NCBI GenBank assembly: GCA_022605425.2
Contig: CM061248.1
Span: forward strand, 806,001 to 870,000
DNA from: Hamiltosporidium tvaerminnensis FI-OER-3-3
Lineage: Eukaryota; Fungi; Microsporidia
Direction: 5' to 3'
DNA: 64,000 bases
The translations under genes were made by a program, and so were the position numbers. This document shows positions 1 through 12,870 of the stretch, piece by piece. Numbering within the stretch: position 1 is the first letter of the stretch; the number at the start of each line of letters is the position of its first letter. Under the pieces are notes generated by a model, which was given only the letters and a program-made list of their open reading frames with translations, was not told where the DNA came from and searched no databases.

Positions 1-1926
1 TTTTTGATATTCTCTTTTATGGGAATATAAAAGAGACTGATTCTAAATAACCCGTAATTCTTTTAAAAAATGACATATATATTTGTCGTAACCTCTCTCG
101 AGACAGCTAGACAAAAGGTATCTGCTATAGATACTGGATCCATCTTTTAAAAAAAAGGGTTTGTTGACCCGTGTAACCAAGGAATTGTTATTTAAAAGGG
201 AAAGTCTATTTATATTATCTCTTCAGTTCTGTTGTTTCCTTTCTTCTACCATTGGTGTTTTAAAATAAATATTCTCGATTCCTAGGGAAATACAATAGCC
301 CAAAATATGCAGCAGACTACTACAATATATTTTGCACTTTTCTATTTTGAATATTGTTACTGTCTATGCATATTATAGGTATTATGAATAATGATGAAAA
401 TATGCCAATAAATAGATTTGATATAATTCATGATAACCTATCAAAATTTATCATCTATTTTAATACTGTTACAGTTTATAGTCGCTTGATAAAGTGACGG
501 AAATTTGGTGTTGGCGCTTTTTTGCGATTCTAGCTCGCCAGGTAGCAATGGCTTTTGGTTTATCTCTTGTACAACTTCGTTTTTTTACGAGTTCACGGTT
601 GGTTGATTTCTAGCATATAAGAGTGTTATTTATCAAAAATCTTATTAATTTCATTCTTTTTTAATTGATAGTTATTTTTCTAAAGAATGGAAAGCAAGAT
701 ATATAGATACCGATGAATCATAGCTTCGAATAAAGCTATTGAAATATGCATTCAAGGTTTTTAATACATATATTTTGTACATTGCTTATAAATTTAAAGG
801 ATTATTTAAAAGGTCTAGTGAATGCATATATTACTAGCAAACCACATGTTTTTATATATTCTACGGGGTTGGTATTAGAAATAAACAAGGATTAAAATTA
901 CTGTAAAGTATAAATGTAGTTAATATAGTCTTTAGTATTATATATTTGTTTATTTATTTCGAATCAATTATTTTTTATATTAAATGCTTTTAAAAGATCC
1001 AGTAAACTATTATATTTTTTGAATTTTTTATCCTCTGCAGGTCGGTATTTCTTTGTTGCTTTTGGGAAAATCTAGAGGGTATTCAAGTATGGTTTTAATT
1101 CTCACTTTATGATCTTTTGCTAGTATTAATGTTTATAATTCGGATTTATATAGACCCACTGTAAGCCTAGATCCAAGTTATCTTATTTATTGGTTTGGTC
1201 AAATGCATCATAGTATAGATATAAGAAATCGTTAATATCTTCTTCCCTTCTTCTTGGTGATAGCAATTACCTATTTCAATTTTATCTGAATCTTGCTGGG
1301 TAAAATATGCAATTAAAAACCAACATATTCTAAAACTGGATAGTATCCAGCATGTTAAGGGCCGAATAACTCTGTCTTTTAAAGTCAGTTTATCTATTGC
1401 AATTCATTTTAAAATCCCCAATTTCTATCATTTTTCCCCGTTAAACCTTATTTTTTTACTTTCCATAAACCGTAGGCCGAATTTTATGACGGAAATTTGT
1501 TTTGAATCCAATTTTTTAGTTTTCGATTTTTTTCTTTAAACCTGTTGTAATTAAGGATTATAGAAGATTGACTCATAATACAAGTGGGGTTTATACCTCC
1601 CCCCCCCCGAAATGTATAAACCGATTTTTACAATATTTTTACACACTCTTTGCCAAACAGCTAGTTTTTAATGTAGATATTTTCTTTCACTAAAAATATT
1701 TTAAATAAAAAAAATAAAGATAATTCAAAAAACATGCTTTTGAAAAACCTAGACGAGACCTAAAGTATAAATTACGATCATAATACAAATAATAGATAAT
1801 TTTTGCTGTTTTCTCTAAAAGAGCACTCAATCATTTTAAATATAGAAAATAATTTCTTAGTACTTGTTTTTAATAAAAAAAAGTTCTAATTTAAAAAACA
1901 TAAAAAATTTTAAATATATTTTTTTA
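1..1926 (-). pseudogene. Cassette B' (partial): decayed gene of the B/D/E family, unknown product
   Basis: Minus-strand remnants MFFELSLFFLFKIFLVKENIYIKN* and LDLLKAFNIKNN*FEINKQIYNTKDY; near-identical to 35402-37329. Confidence 0.6.
84..324 (+). mobile_element. Solo LTR (241 bp) in cassette B
   Basis: TG...CA ends with 6/7 inverted termini (TGTCGTA / TACTACA); imperfect 5-bp TSD ATATT/ATATA; absent from paralogue D. Confidence 0.7.
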
Positions 1927-2564
1927 AATTTTTTTATTAAATCCTATTCGCTGTTCTCTAAATCATCTTTATCTGCAGTAATTCCCAAGGATTTTTTTGT
2001 GTTAATAGGGACAATTTTAAGGGGTTGTCCAGCCCCAAAAATTATACATCACTCGTCATTCTCATTTTTCGATAACAAATTTTTGATATTAAGATTTTTT
2101 TCTGGATATTTAAATATACAAATATGTACATTTTTGCCATAATTCGAATATTTATCAAAGAAATTTAGCACTACATTTCTTCTATTCGAGAGTAAAAATT
2201 TCAAAAAGTCATTTAAGATATTTAATATAAATATAATCTTGAAAATGCTTATTGATCTATTATAATGATTTATCAGAAGATGTGATGAGGTTTTTTGTGT
2301 AATAATATTCATAAATTCTATGTCATATTTGTCAAGTAGAATCTGCAAGAGAAATCGAAAGAATAATGTAAGGAATGTTTTCATAAAAAACAATATTACG
2401 TCTGTTTATATAATATTTTTTTAAAACTTGTTTCAGAATTTCTTATCTAAATAACAAATTAGATGGTTTATACATACAAAATTAAAAAAAAGGATAATCC
2501 TATTTGTTTATCATCTATTATTTTATATTTTAAACAAACTTTTTTAAAAATTAAAATGTTAAGT
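1927..2564 (-). repeat. R1, ~640-bp core inverted-repeat unit
   Basis: Shared block from cttaacattttaatttttaaaaaa to ggatttaataaaaaaa (reverse complement); boundaries +/-10 bp. Confidence 0.9.
2049..2393 (-). CDS. R-ORF variant, hypothetical small protein; 2-bp deletion gives a stop 3 codons early
   Basis: ORF track; gacgagtgatg here versus gacgagttggatg in twin R9. Confidence 0.3.
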   Translation of the reverse strand: MFFMKTFLTLFFRFLLQILLDKYDIEFMNIITQKTSSHLLINHYNRSISIFKIIFILNILNDFLKFLLSNRRNVVLNFFDKYSNYGKNVHICIFKYPEKNLNIKNLLSKNENDE

Positions 2565-5500
2565 TTTTAGATAAAAATTTGTTTGAAATGCATGTAATTA
2601 CAGTAAGTTTATTTAATATGTAATACATGACTTTTGAATTTCTATTTTTTCGCTACAAAATTCAATGTAGATTTTAAGGTTAAAAAAATGATTTAATCGA
2701 AATCTAGACAATTAATTATTTTATTCCGTGTAGTTTCTACTTTGAATGAATCTTGAGCTTAAACACCTATAATCTTCTACTAAATAGTAATAAAAAATGT
2801 TTTTTTATTTGAATTGATTTTATATGAGTAACTTACGTTCCGAATGTCGGTTTCTACATTTTTTTGTTGGCCTTATGACATGAAATTCCTACAGTTTTTC
2901 CAATAGAATATATAGATACTAGGTACCGTTTATTGAATTTCAATAATTTTTTCTATAAATTAAAATCCGCTTTTGATATTGTCGTATTTGTTAAAACTAT
3001 ACAAATAAATGTATTATGTTCTAGATGGCTGAAACTTCTAGGAACACAGCTTAAAAATCTTTATATCGAATTAATCTCTTCTTACATGCTTAAATGAATC
3101 TAAAAGTCTTATTAGGTATTAAATCTCATTGATTTTATACAGTTACAGCTCTATAGTGTTCTAGCACAAAAAGAAACTTATATTTTCGTTTATGCTCCTA
3201 AATAAAAAATATCAATTACTTAAATTAGATAAAATGTCTAGATTTTTCTTAGATGCAGTCGTTTTATGGCTCCTTTTACGCTGTAATATTATCTGATGGT
3301 ACAGGGTTGCCGTGCTAAACAATAATATTATATTAAAGAATTTCTAGACTTTCATCAAACAAAACTTCAAAGTATATATTTATTAACCTATAGAGTTTTC
3401 TCAATCGGGTCCAAATTTATAGATTGAATCAGTTATATTAGTCACAAAATTTAGCGCTCACTAGCCTGCATCTTCTTCTATGAAAATTTTAGGAATGGCT
3501 TAAAGTCTTCCCAGGTTAATTTAAATTATTTACACATGACTCTAACTTGATTTTAAGACATAACTTTATCATTTTTTATCTTGAAAGACTTTTAGGAATA
3601 CATTTTTACGCGAAATTCGTTTTATATGTTACTTAAAAATATATTTAAGGCTACACTCAATGTGGAATATTTTCGAACTCGCCTTTTCATTGAGTTTTCG
3701 ATTGACTAAAAAAATTAAGATAAAAAAAGGTAGGAATAAGCCTTCATTTAAATGTTTCTTTTTAAAATATTTCATACCAATGATTTTCGATTTATTGTCA
3801 AACTCACTCTACAACCACAAAAAAACATTCGCATATAAATCACAAAAAATGAAGCAGTGGGACTATTTTAAACATTTAACTATGATTATTGCTAATTCCT
3901 CACTTGTCATATTCTATCAGGCTTCATTATTTTTCTTAGTTCTAATTTTTTTGATCTAAGAAATGCAACGAAGTCAAAAAAAAGGAATTAAAAAATTTGG
4001 TTAAAAAAGATATAGGATATAAGAAAATTGTGAATAAATCGCATGCTTCAATAGAAGAGATTTTAATCCTTCATTTTCTGTCAAATGTAATACATTGTTC
4101 ACAATGAAAAATCAATATGATTTTCGCCATATTGTTTTGCTGTTGCAGCATTTTATGAGAAACCCATCTCTATCATTGCTAGTAAAAAAATTCTCTGGAT
4201 AATCCAAAAGCTTACCATTTTACTTTTTTTTCTTTTATTTGCCTTAGGAATCTTAATTAGTAGAACAAAACACCGTAATTAATTTAAACGAAACCAATTC
4301 AGAAGCATCGTTTTCATAAAAACCACATATTTATCTCAGTATTTATATAATATCGTAAGAAAATATCGATTTTACCCGATATGTTATGCACGATTTTAGA
4401 AATTTCTTCAGCGAATTACAGGCGATCTTTTTATTTGTATTTCTCAGATATTCTCAACATAGAGCTTCGTAGATATTTTTAAAAAGTCATATATTTTCTC
4501 TTTAGTTCTCTTTATATGTTATAGCAATTTTGTTAAGTGCCTAATCTAAGTTAGCTATTAGACAAGCTCGATCGATGTTATTGCCAATCACTCTATCTTT
4601 ATAGCCAGACTCATTTGAAATCATTGCAAGCAAGCTTACAATTGTTTAATTACACCTCACCACTTTCATTTGTTTTATTCGTTCCCTGCTCTTTGATAGA
4701 AAAAGGAGTGTTACAAGTGAAAATTTTTTTTGTTTATTTACAAACTCTTCTCAGTTATCGGTTCTTAGGTTATCCAGCTTTAAATGAAAAAAATAGGATT
4801 TTAAAGCGCATAAGCCTTAATAGATGCCTTTTTTTATCGTATCGAAATTAAAACTTCGTGTTTATATTCAGAATTTGTAAAATCCATCAAAAAACGTCTG
4901 TTATTTTCCGTACTTACACTTATCAACAAGATCTTTCAGAATTATTTCCTTATCATAGAGCTCCTTTTTGTTCAAATCGCATGATTATGCCTTAAAGACC
5001 GTTGATATTGGTCATCATAGCTCGTTCAACCGAATTTAATGTTTTTTTTCAGAAACTTGCATTATTTTTAGTATTATTTCCTAAAATATTCTTATTGCGT
5101 TATTATAACATAGAATTTAAGAAGTAGAAAGAATCTTAACTTGCTCGGCTTTATTACGATACCTTTGCTTTTTGGATGATGTTTTCAACATCTGTCGTAA
5201 ACAATTCACTAGTTTTGATGTTTATATTCGCGTCTATGCTCGAACCTCGCTTTTCAATTTCGATTAATGTTCTAGTAATTTTCATTATTACAAATTTATA
5301 TTCTTCTAATTCATCATTTGCTACGTTTTATAAAGTCATGTTACCAAAACAAGGTATTTTTTATGCGCAAAAATATTAATATTCACAAAGAAAACAGTAA
5401 ATGAAATTTAGAAAAGTTTAGCCAAAAACAGTACGCATTAAGAATTTTCTTATTTCATATGTATGCTTTTTGTTCTATATGCAATTGGTAGTGTAATAAG

Positions 5501-6868
5501 AAATTTTCTATATGGGTTTACCTATAATATACGACAAAAGCCTAATAAATTGAAAAAAAATCACTGTATAGCATTCTTTTTATTAAATGATATCTTGTCG
5601 CAAATAATTTTTGCTTACAACTATGAACCCAAAAAAGTATAATTTTTGATAATTTGAGATAAGTTAACTAAATTAAAGAAAATATTTATCCTATTTCGTT
5701 TTATTTAACTTTTTTAAATTTCTATATTAATTTGCATTACCAGCGAATTGTAGAATTCTCTACATAAGAACAATTTCAACTAAAGTTTAAAGCAGCATAT
5801 AAAACTCAGTTTCTCAAAACATTATAATTCATAGTTCTTGTGAATAATAGACTAATTCAAATCGATGAAGAACCAAGTTCGAGCTTATGCAAATATTTTA
5901 AAATTGCTGTAAGGGTTTTAGTCAGTCCAATTAATTTTCGAAATTAATAAGGCGAAATTCGAAAGAGCGTATATTATGTTTATGTTATTATTATATTGAG
6001 ATTATGGATTCAAGAAATAGATAAAAGGAGATTAAATAGCTACAAAGATATATTTCAAGGTGTGTTTATACGAGCTAAAATGGTTTTAATAATCTATAAT
6101 CATTGCTTAATGAGAAAATGCTTATCTTCTTTTATAATTGTACATGGAAAATAGTCAATAATCATGTAAGTTTAAGAAAAAAAAACTAATCATATCTACA
6201 AAAGTGAATACTTAGACTTCTGGTTTGCGTGAAACTTGGCAGTTAATAAAAATATATTCATCGAGTTCTAAATTATATGGTGTTTTAACAGTATTAAATG
6301 AATTAGATAAAATATCTTCCAATGCGATTAACATTTATGTAAACTTAGATTCTACTTTTAATTTCGTATAGAAAGTCTTAAACTGTGTAACAAAAGTAAA
6401 CATGAACCTGAAATATAATATATTTTTTTTTCTAAATTTCTAAACCTTAGATTTTTAACAAATAGACGTTCACATTCACACGAAACTTTTATGATCTGAT
6501 AAAATTACCTTTTATAATTTAAATTTTAAGAAAAACTCGTGGGAATCACGTTTCGATAGGTTATGGAAATGATTGACATAAAATTGTAGGGAAAAGCATT
6601 TGATCAGCAAATATATGAAATTCTAGTAAATTTCATATTAGTGGTACAATTTATTAGATTTTTAACACCATTAGGGTTTAAGCTGTTTATAATTAAAAAA
6701 TCTATAAAATATAGCTTATATGTGTCTTAATTTTGATCAAATCATTTTTTTAACCTTAAAATCTACATTGAATTTTGAAGCGAAAAAATAGTAAGTTAGA
6801 AATCAGGTATTACATATTAAATAAACTTACTGTAATTACATGCATTTCAAACAAATTTTAGCTAAAAG
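2565..6868. pseudogene. Cassette A: two convergent decayed paralogues, possibly LRR-like
   Basis: The two ends align with each other (acacagcttaaaaatctttatatcgaattaa ~ acacagtttaagactttccatacagaattaa). Remnant KDF*EYIFTRNSFYMLLKNIFKATL at ~3584-3658 matches KEFWKCIFRKK-SFYKPLKHTFKATL in C'. Confidence 0.55.
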
Positions 6869-7508
6869 ACTTAACATTTTAATTTTTAAAAAAGTTTGTT
6901 TAAAATATAAAATCATAGACGATAAACCAATAGGATTATTCTTTTGTTTAATTTTGTATCTATAAACCATCTAATTTGTTATTTAGATAAGAAATTCTGA
7001 AACAAGTTTTAAAAAAATATTATATAAACAGACGTAATATTGTTTGTTATGAAAACATTCCTTACATCATTCTTTCAATTTTTCTTGCTGATTATACTTG
7101 ACAAATATGACATAGAATTTATGAATATTATTACACAAAAAACCTCATCACATCTTCTGATAAATCATTCTAATAGATCAATAAGCATTTTAAAGATTAT
7201 ATTGATATTAAATATATTAAATGACTTTTCGAAATTTTTACTCCCGAATAGAAGAAATGCAGTACTAAATTTCTTTGATAAGTATTTAAATTATGGCAAA
7301 AATGTACATATTTGTATATTTAAGTATCCAGAAAAACATGTTAATATCAAAAATTTGTTACCGAAAACTGAGAATGACGAGTTGAATGTATAAATTTGGG
7401 GGCTGGACAACCCCTTAAAATTGTCCCTATTAATACAAAAAAATCCTTGGGAATTAATGCAGATAAAGATGATTTAGAGAAGAGTGAAGAGGATCTAATA
7501 AAAAAATT
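6869..7508 (+). repeat. R2 core unit
   Basis: Same block, + orientation. Confidence 0.9.
7040..7393 (+). CDS. R-ORF, hypothetical small protein with a hydrophobic, signal-peptide-like N-terminus (first ATG is codon 4, MKTFLT...)
   Basis: 117 codons, open in nearly all copies despite AT-richness; no recognised family; may be the 5' part of a longer decayed gene. Confidence 0.35.
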   Translation: MFVMKTFLTSFFQFFLLIILDKYDIEFMNIITQKTSSHLLINHSNRSISILKIILILNILNDFSKFLLPNRRNAVLNFFDKYLNYGKNVHICIFKYPEKHVNIKNLLPKTENDELNV

Positions 7509-10359
7509 AACAAAACATTTTAACCTTATATTTTTTTGTGACTTAGAAACAATTTTTTTTATAATTACACTTGTAAAAGCAATTATTTTCTACATATAAA
7601 ATGATGTGGTGCTCTTTTAGAGTAAAATAGCATAAATTATATATTATTTGTATTATGATCATAATTTATACTTTAGGTATCGTCTTGGTTTTTCAAAAAC
7701 ATTTTTTCGGCTTTATCTTTGTTATTTTTTATTTAAAATGTATTTACTGGAAAGAAAATATCTACATTAAATACTAGCTTTTGGAAAAGAGTGTTAAAAT
7801 TATTGTAAAAATCGGTTTATAGATTTCGGAGTGATAAAAACCACACTTTTATTATGAGTAAATCCTCCATAATCCTAAATTACAACAGGTTTAAAGAAAT
7901 ACATCGAAAACTAAAAAATTGGATCGAAAACAAATTGCCGTCGTAAAATTCGGCGGACGGTTTATGTAAAGAAAAAAAAATAAGGTTTAACCGGTAAAAA
8001 TGATAGAAATAAAAAATTTAAAAAGAATTGCAATAGATAAACTGACATTAAAAGACAGAGTTATTGGGCCTTTAACATGTTGGATACTACCCAGTGACGG
8101 AATATGTTGGCTTTTATTTGTTCATTTTACCCAGCAAGATTCAGATAGGATTGGAATCGGTAGTCGCTATCACTAAGAAGAAGGGAAGAAGATATTAACG
8201 ATTTCTTGAAGTAATACTATGATGCATTTAACTAAAGCAATAAATAAGATAATTTGGAACTAGGCTTAACATGGGTCTATATAAATCCGAATTATAAACA
8301 TTAATACTAGCAAAAGATTATAAAGTGAGAATTAAAACCATACTTAAATACCTTTAGATTTTCCCAAAAGCAACAAAGAAATACCGACCTGCAGAGGATA
8401 AGAAATTCAAAAAATATAATAGTTTTCTGGATCTTTTAAAAGCATTTAATATAGAAAATAATGGATTCTAAATAAATAAACAAATATATAATACAAAAGA
8501 CTATACTAACTACATTTAAACTTTACAGTAATTTTAATCCTTGTTTATTTCTAACACCAACCCCGTAGAATATATAAAAACATGTGGTTTGCTAGTAATA
8601 TATGCATTCACTAGACCTTTTAAATAATCCTTTAAATTTATAAGCAATGTACAAAATATATGTATTAAAAACCTTGAATGCATATTTCAATAGCTTTAGT
8701 CGATGCTATGATTCATCGGTATCTATATATCTTGCTTTCCATTCTTTAGAAAAATAACTATCAATTAAAAAAGAAGGAAATTAATAAGATTTTTGATAAA
8801 TAACACTCTTATATGCTAGAAATCAACCAATCTTGAACTCGTAAAAAAACGAAGTTGTACAAGAGATAAACCAAAAGCCATTGCTACCTGGCGAGCTAGA
8901 ATCGCAAAAAAGCGCCAACACCAAATTTCCGTCACTTTATCAAGCGACTATAAACTGTAACAGTATTAAAATAGATGATAAATTTTGATAGGTTATCATG
9001 AATTATATCAAATCTATTTATTGGCATATTTTCATCATTATTCATAATACCTATAATATGCATAGACAGTAACAATATTCAAAATAGAAAAGTGCAAAAT
9101 ATATTGTAGTAGTCTGCTGCATATTTTGGGCTATTGTATTTCCCTAGGAATCGAGAATATTTATTTTAAAACACCAATGGTAGAAGAAAGGAAACAACAG
9201 AACTGAAGAGATAATATAAATAGACTTTCCCTTTTAAATAACAATTCCTTAGTTACACGGGTCAACAAACCCTTTTTTTTAAAAGATGGATCCAGTATCT
9301 ATAGCAGATACCTTTTGTCTAGCTGTCTCGAGAGAGGTTACGACAAATATATATGTCATTTTTTAAAAGAATTACGGGTTATTTAGAATCAGTCTCTTTT
9401 ATATTCCCATAAAAGAGAATATCAAAAATAGAATCGTAGCGACCCTCTTAAATCCTAAATAATAGTATTTGGGACAAAAAAATTTCAGCCAAGTGTTTAG
9501 AATATATATTAAAATCTGTTTTAATCGGATTATGAAGCGTCTTATGTTAAAGAATTGGCATATGCTACGAAATAAATCTGGTTAGTGTGCTTCTTTTATA
9601 TAAAAAAATGATTTCAATTTTAAAAAAGAATTAAAAGTAAATCTATTCAGAAATACTCTATACACCACAATTTTATTAATAGTTAAGTCTGGACTATATC
9701 TGATTTCAAATTACAAATATATACCGATATATTTTTATGAAAAAGAAACCGAATTTAAAATACCACTTGCTGTCTAAATAACTCGACACAACTTCTAAAT
9801 ATAATCGACGAAAGAAAACCAAAAAGTTTATACGTTTTTAGAAAGAAAAAACTAATATTATATGGTAAGGAACGGAAAAAATCTAGTGTGTAATAACGTA
9901 GTATGCTATTGATTGCATATTAGCAAAATTATCATATAAAGGCGGTACATATACATAGGAATATATATTTATAAAAAGCACTCAAAAATAGACTTAGAGG
10001 TTTCGATTGTTCAATTAAGGAATTTGAGTAGCTTGCTCTTGCCATTGAAAGTCAAAGTAGAAATGAATTCTTATAATAATAATGGCAGTCATACTGAAAC
10101 AAAAATAGAATATATTCATTTGAAAAATCCCAACTAAAAAGCAGAATTAAAAAGATATTTTATATTCATAAATTAATTATGAAAAAAATATATCTAAATA
10201 TTCGTGAGAAATAGAATCACGTAATATTAAAAAAAATATTTTAAATCGAAAAAGAAAGCATTGGAAACAAAGCAAAGGCGAGATAAAACCAAGCCTAGAA
10301 TAAAATTTATGATGGATTTTTAAATGAGAAACAAATAAAACTTTAAATTTTTTTTAAAT
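7509..10359 (+). pseudogene. Cassette B: decayed B/D/E-family gene
   Basis: Reverse complement of the B' copies; LDLLKAFNIENNGF*INKQIYNTKDYTNYI* at ~8427-8520. Confidence 0.6.
9105..9345 (-). mobile_element. Solo LTR copy in B
   Basis: Reverse complement of 84-324. Confidence 0.7.
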
Positions 10360-10999
10360 TTTTTTTTATTAAATCCTCTTCACTGTTCTTTAAATGATTT
10401 TTATCTGCATTAATTCTCTAAAGGATTTTTTGTGTTAATAGGGACAATTTTAAGGGGTTGTCCAGCCCCAAAAATTATATATTAAATTCGTCATTCTCAT
10501 ACTTCGGTAACAAATTTTTGATATTAACATGTTTTTCTGGATATTTAAATATACAAATATGTACATTTTTGCCATAATTTAAATATTTATCAAAGAAATT
10601 TAGTACTACATTTCTTCTATTCGGGAGTAAAAATTTCGAAAAGTCATTTAAGATATTTAATATAAATATAATCTTAAAAATGCTTATTGATCTATTATAA
10701 TGATTTATCAGAAGATGTGATGAGGTTTTTTCTATAATAGTATTCATAAATTCTATGTCATATTTGTCAAGTAGAATCTGCAAGAAAAATTGAAAGAATA
10801 ATGTAAGGAATGTTTTCATAACAAACAATATTACGTCTGTTTATATAATATTTTTTTAAAACTTGTTTCAGAATTTCTTATCTAAATAACAAATTAGATG
10901 GTTTATACATACAAAATTAAACAAAAGAATAATCCTATTTGTTTATCGTCTATTATTTTATATTTTAAACAAATTTTTTTAAAAATTAAAATGTTAAGT
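10360..10999 (-). repeat. R3 core unit
   Basis: Same block, - orientation. Confidence 0.9.
10475..10828 (-). CDS. R-ORF variant
   Basis: ORF track; protein identical to the 45882 copy. Confidence 0.35.
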   Translation of the reverse strand: MFVMKTFLTLFFQFFLQILLDKYDIEFMNTIIEKTSSHLLINHYNRSISIFKIIFILNILNDFSKFLLPNRRNVVLNFFDKYLNYGKNVHICIFKYPEKHVNIKNLLPKYENDEFNI

Positions 11000-12631
11000 T
11001 TTTGATAAAAATTTCTTAAAAGTAATTTTTTTAATTACAGCAAGGTAATTTATTTATGCCAAATATGATCTTCGACTTTCATTTTTAGGCTACAAAATCT
11101 AAGGTGGATTTTAGGTTTCAATAATGAATCTATGTTTATATTCATTCATCTAATTATTTTTACCTATGTATTTTTTAGCGTTTTTCTGAATTATGAGCAA
11201 ACTTAGGAAAGCATCTAACAGTAGACCATTGAATTGCTTTCATTCTGACCTAATATATTCGAGTTATATTATGTTTGTTAAAGAAAATTTTTCTAGCTTT
11301 TTCTGTAATCTATGACACGTAATTCTCTTGGGTTTTTCAATAAACTATATATCATACTAGGTAACTTATATGATACCTTAAAATTTTTCATTTAACTATG
11401 AAATTCTGCTTTTTTAGAAACCATAGTTGAGAAATTAAGTAAATGAACATATTATATTCCATCCTATAAATAATTTTTTTTGGAATAGTTTGAATTCTTT
11501 TTACAAAATATAAAGTAAATTAAAAGGATTAAATATTCGCAAAAGCCTGGTTAGATATTTTATTTCATTTACTATATACTAATTTGATATACTATATACA
11601 CAAAACCACCCAAATCATTTTTATTTTTTTTTGTGATTATCACTCTTTAACGCGCAAAATATTTATATTTTCTCATAAACTTTGTTTTTTTTTCAAATTA
11701 AGGAGCATTGTTAAGTATAATTACATTTGCACTTCTGCAAAAAAGCACAGCTATCTCTCGTTCAAAAATCACCTTAAAATATTTAAACTTCTTTGACTAA
11801 ATCTAGTATGTAATATATATTGAATTTTTATAGTTTTGTAACCGATAGTTTGCGTCATTAATATATATCACAATGACAATATTAGCGACTTCTAATTTAA
11901 TCTATAGTATGAAAAGTTATTAGATATGACTTAAACTTCTGTACAAGAATTATAAAATTTGCTTAAAAACGAAAATAATTATTTCAATAAGTTAATTTTG
12001 CCAAATTTTGTAAAATGATTTTATATTATACGGTTTTGCAAAAAGAGAGTTTTATATGTTGAATAACCACATATAAACTTTTTGGTGTATAATGTTTTGA
12101 TAATATACCGGTTGAGGCTATTAAATATAGAAATCGAAATAAGTTAATATGAAAAAAAGATTATAAATATTTGCATGTAATTAAATCTTTATCTAAGTAA
12201 GCAGAAAACAAATTCTTTAATTTTATTCAAGAAATGCAAGACAAGAATTATTTGCGACGGAGGTATTATATGATTAAAAAATCTAACATATTGTTTGGAA
12301 TTTTGAATTTTTAGAAGGTTCCTGTTGATCATTATCAAAATCATTAGGAACCCATTCGCGTTTCACAACCAAATTACACACGGAATAAAAATTATTAAGT
12401 AGATAATGCTTTTATACTAAGCTTTCTTATACTGAAAGTTTCTATTTTTTTGCCAACTTTAATTTTTGCGGGAAAAAATATATTATATTTTTAACACTAC
12501 AAAATGAATTATGACAAATATATAATCAGTAGACTTAAAATTATAGTAATTTGCCTTTCAAAATGAGCCGCAACAGAAAATGGGGTTTTAAAAAAGAGCA
12601 GCTGATTTACGTATAGAAACTGGCAAGATAT

Positions 12632-12870
12632 TGTCGTACCCTCTCTTGAAACCCCGGTTAAAAGCTATCTTTGATAGACAGGCCCTATCTTTTAGAATAA
12701 AAAGTTTGTCAACCCTTAAATCTAAAGAATTGTTTGTATAAAGGGTTTTATTTTGGGAATATTCCAGCTCTTCCGTTCATTTCTTTCATCTAACATCAGG
12801 TTAAATAAAATATAATTTTATGTTTAATTAGAAAATACAATAATCTATTTTTATGTAGTAAAATACTGCG
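12632..12870 (+). mobile_element. Diverged solo LTR of the same family in cassette C (239 bp)
   Basis: Starts tgtcgtaccctctc and aligns end to end with the B LTR; ends tactgcg; absent at the homologous site of A' (~31190); no clear TSD. Confidence 0.6.

Noticed and set aside
1599-1608. C10 homopolymer (also 37001-37010) as a phase-variation tract
   Set aside because: Same length in both twins, absent from other B alleles, and located in an already disrupted gene.
7600-9000. Alternative genetic code (TAA/TAG=Gln or TGA=Trp) making the cassettes intact genes
   Set aside because: Stops fall at different positions in different copies (GGA-TTC-TAA in one B allele, TGA-TTC-GAA in another, sense codons in D), all three stop types occur, and frameshifts are present. 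This is pseudogene decay.
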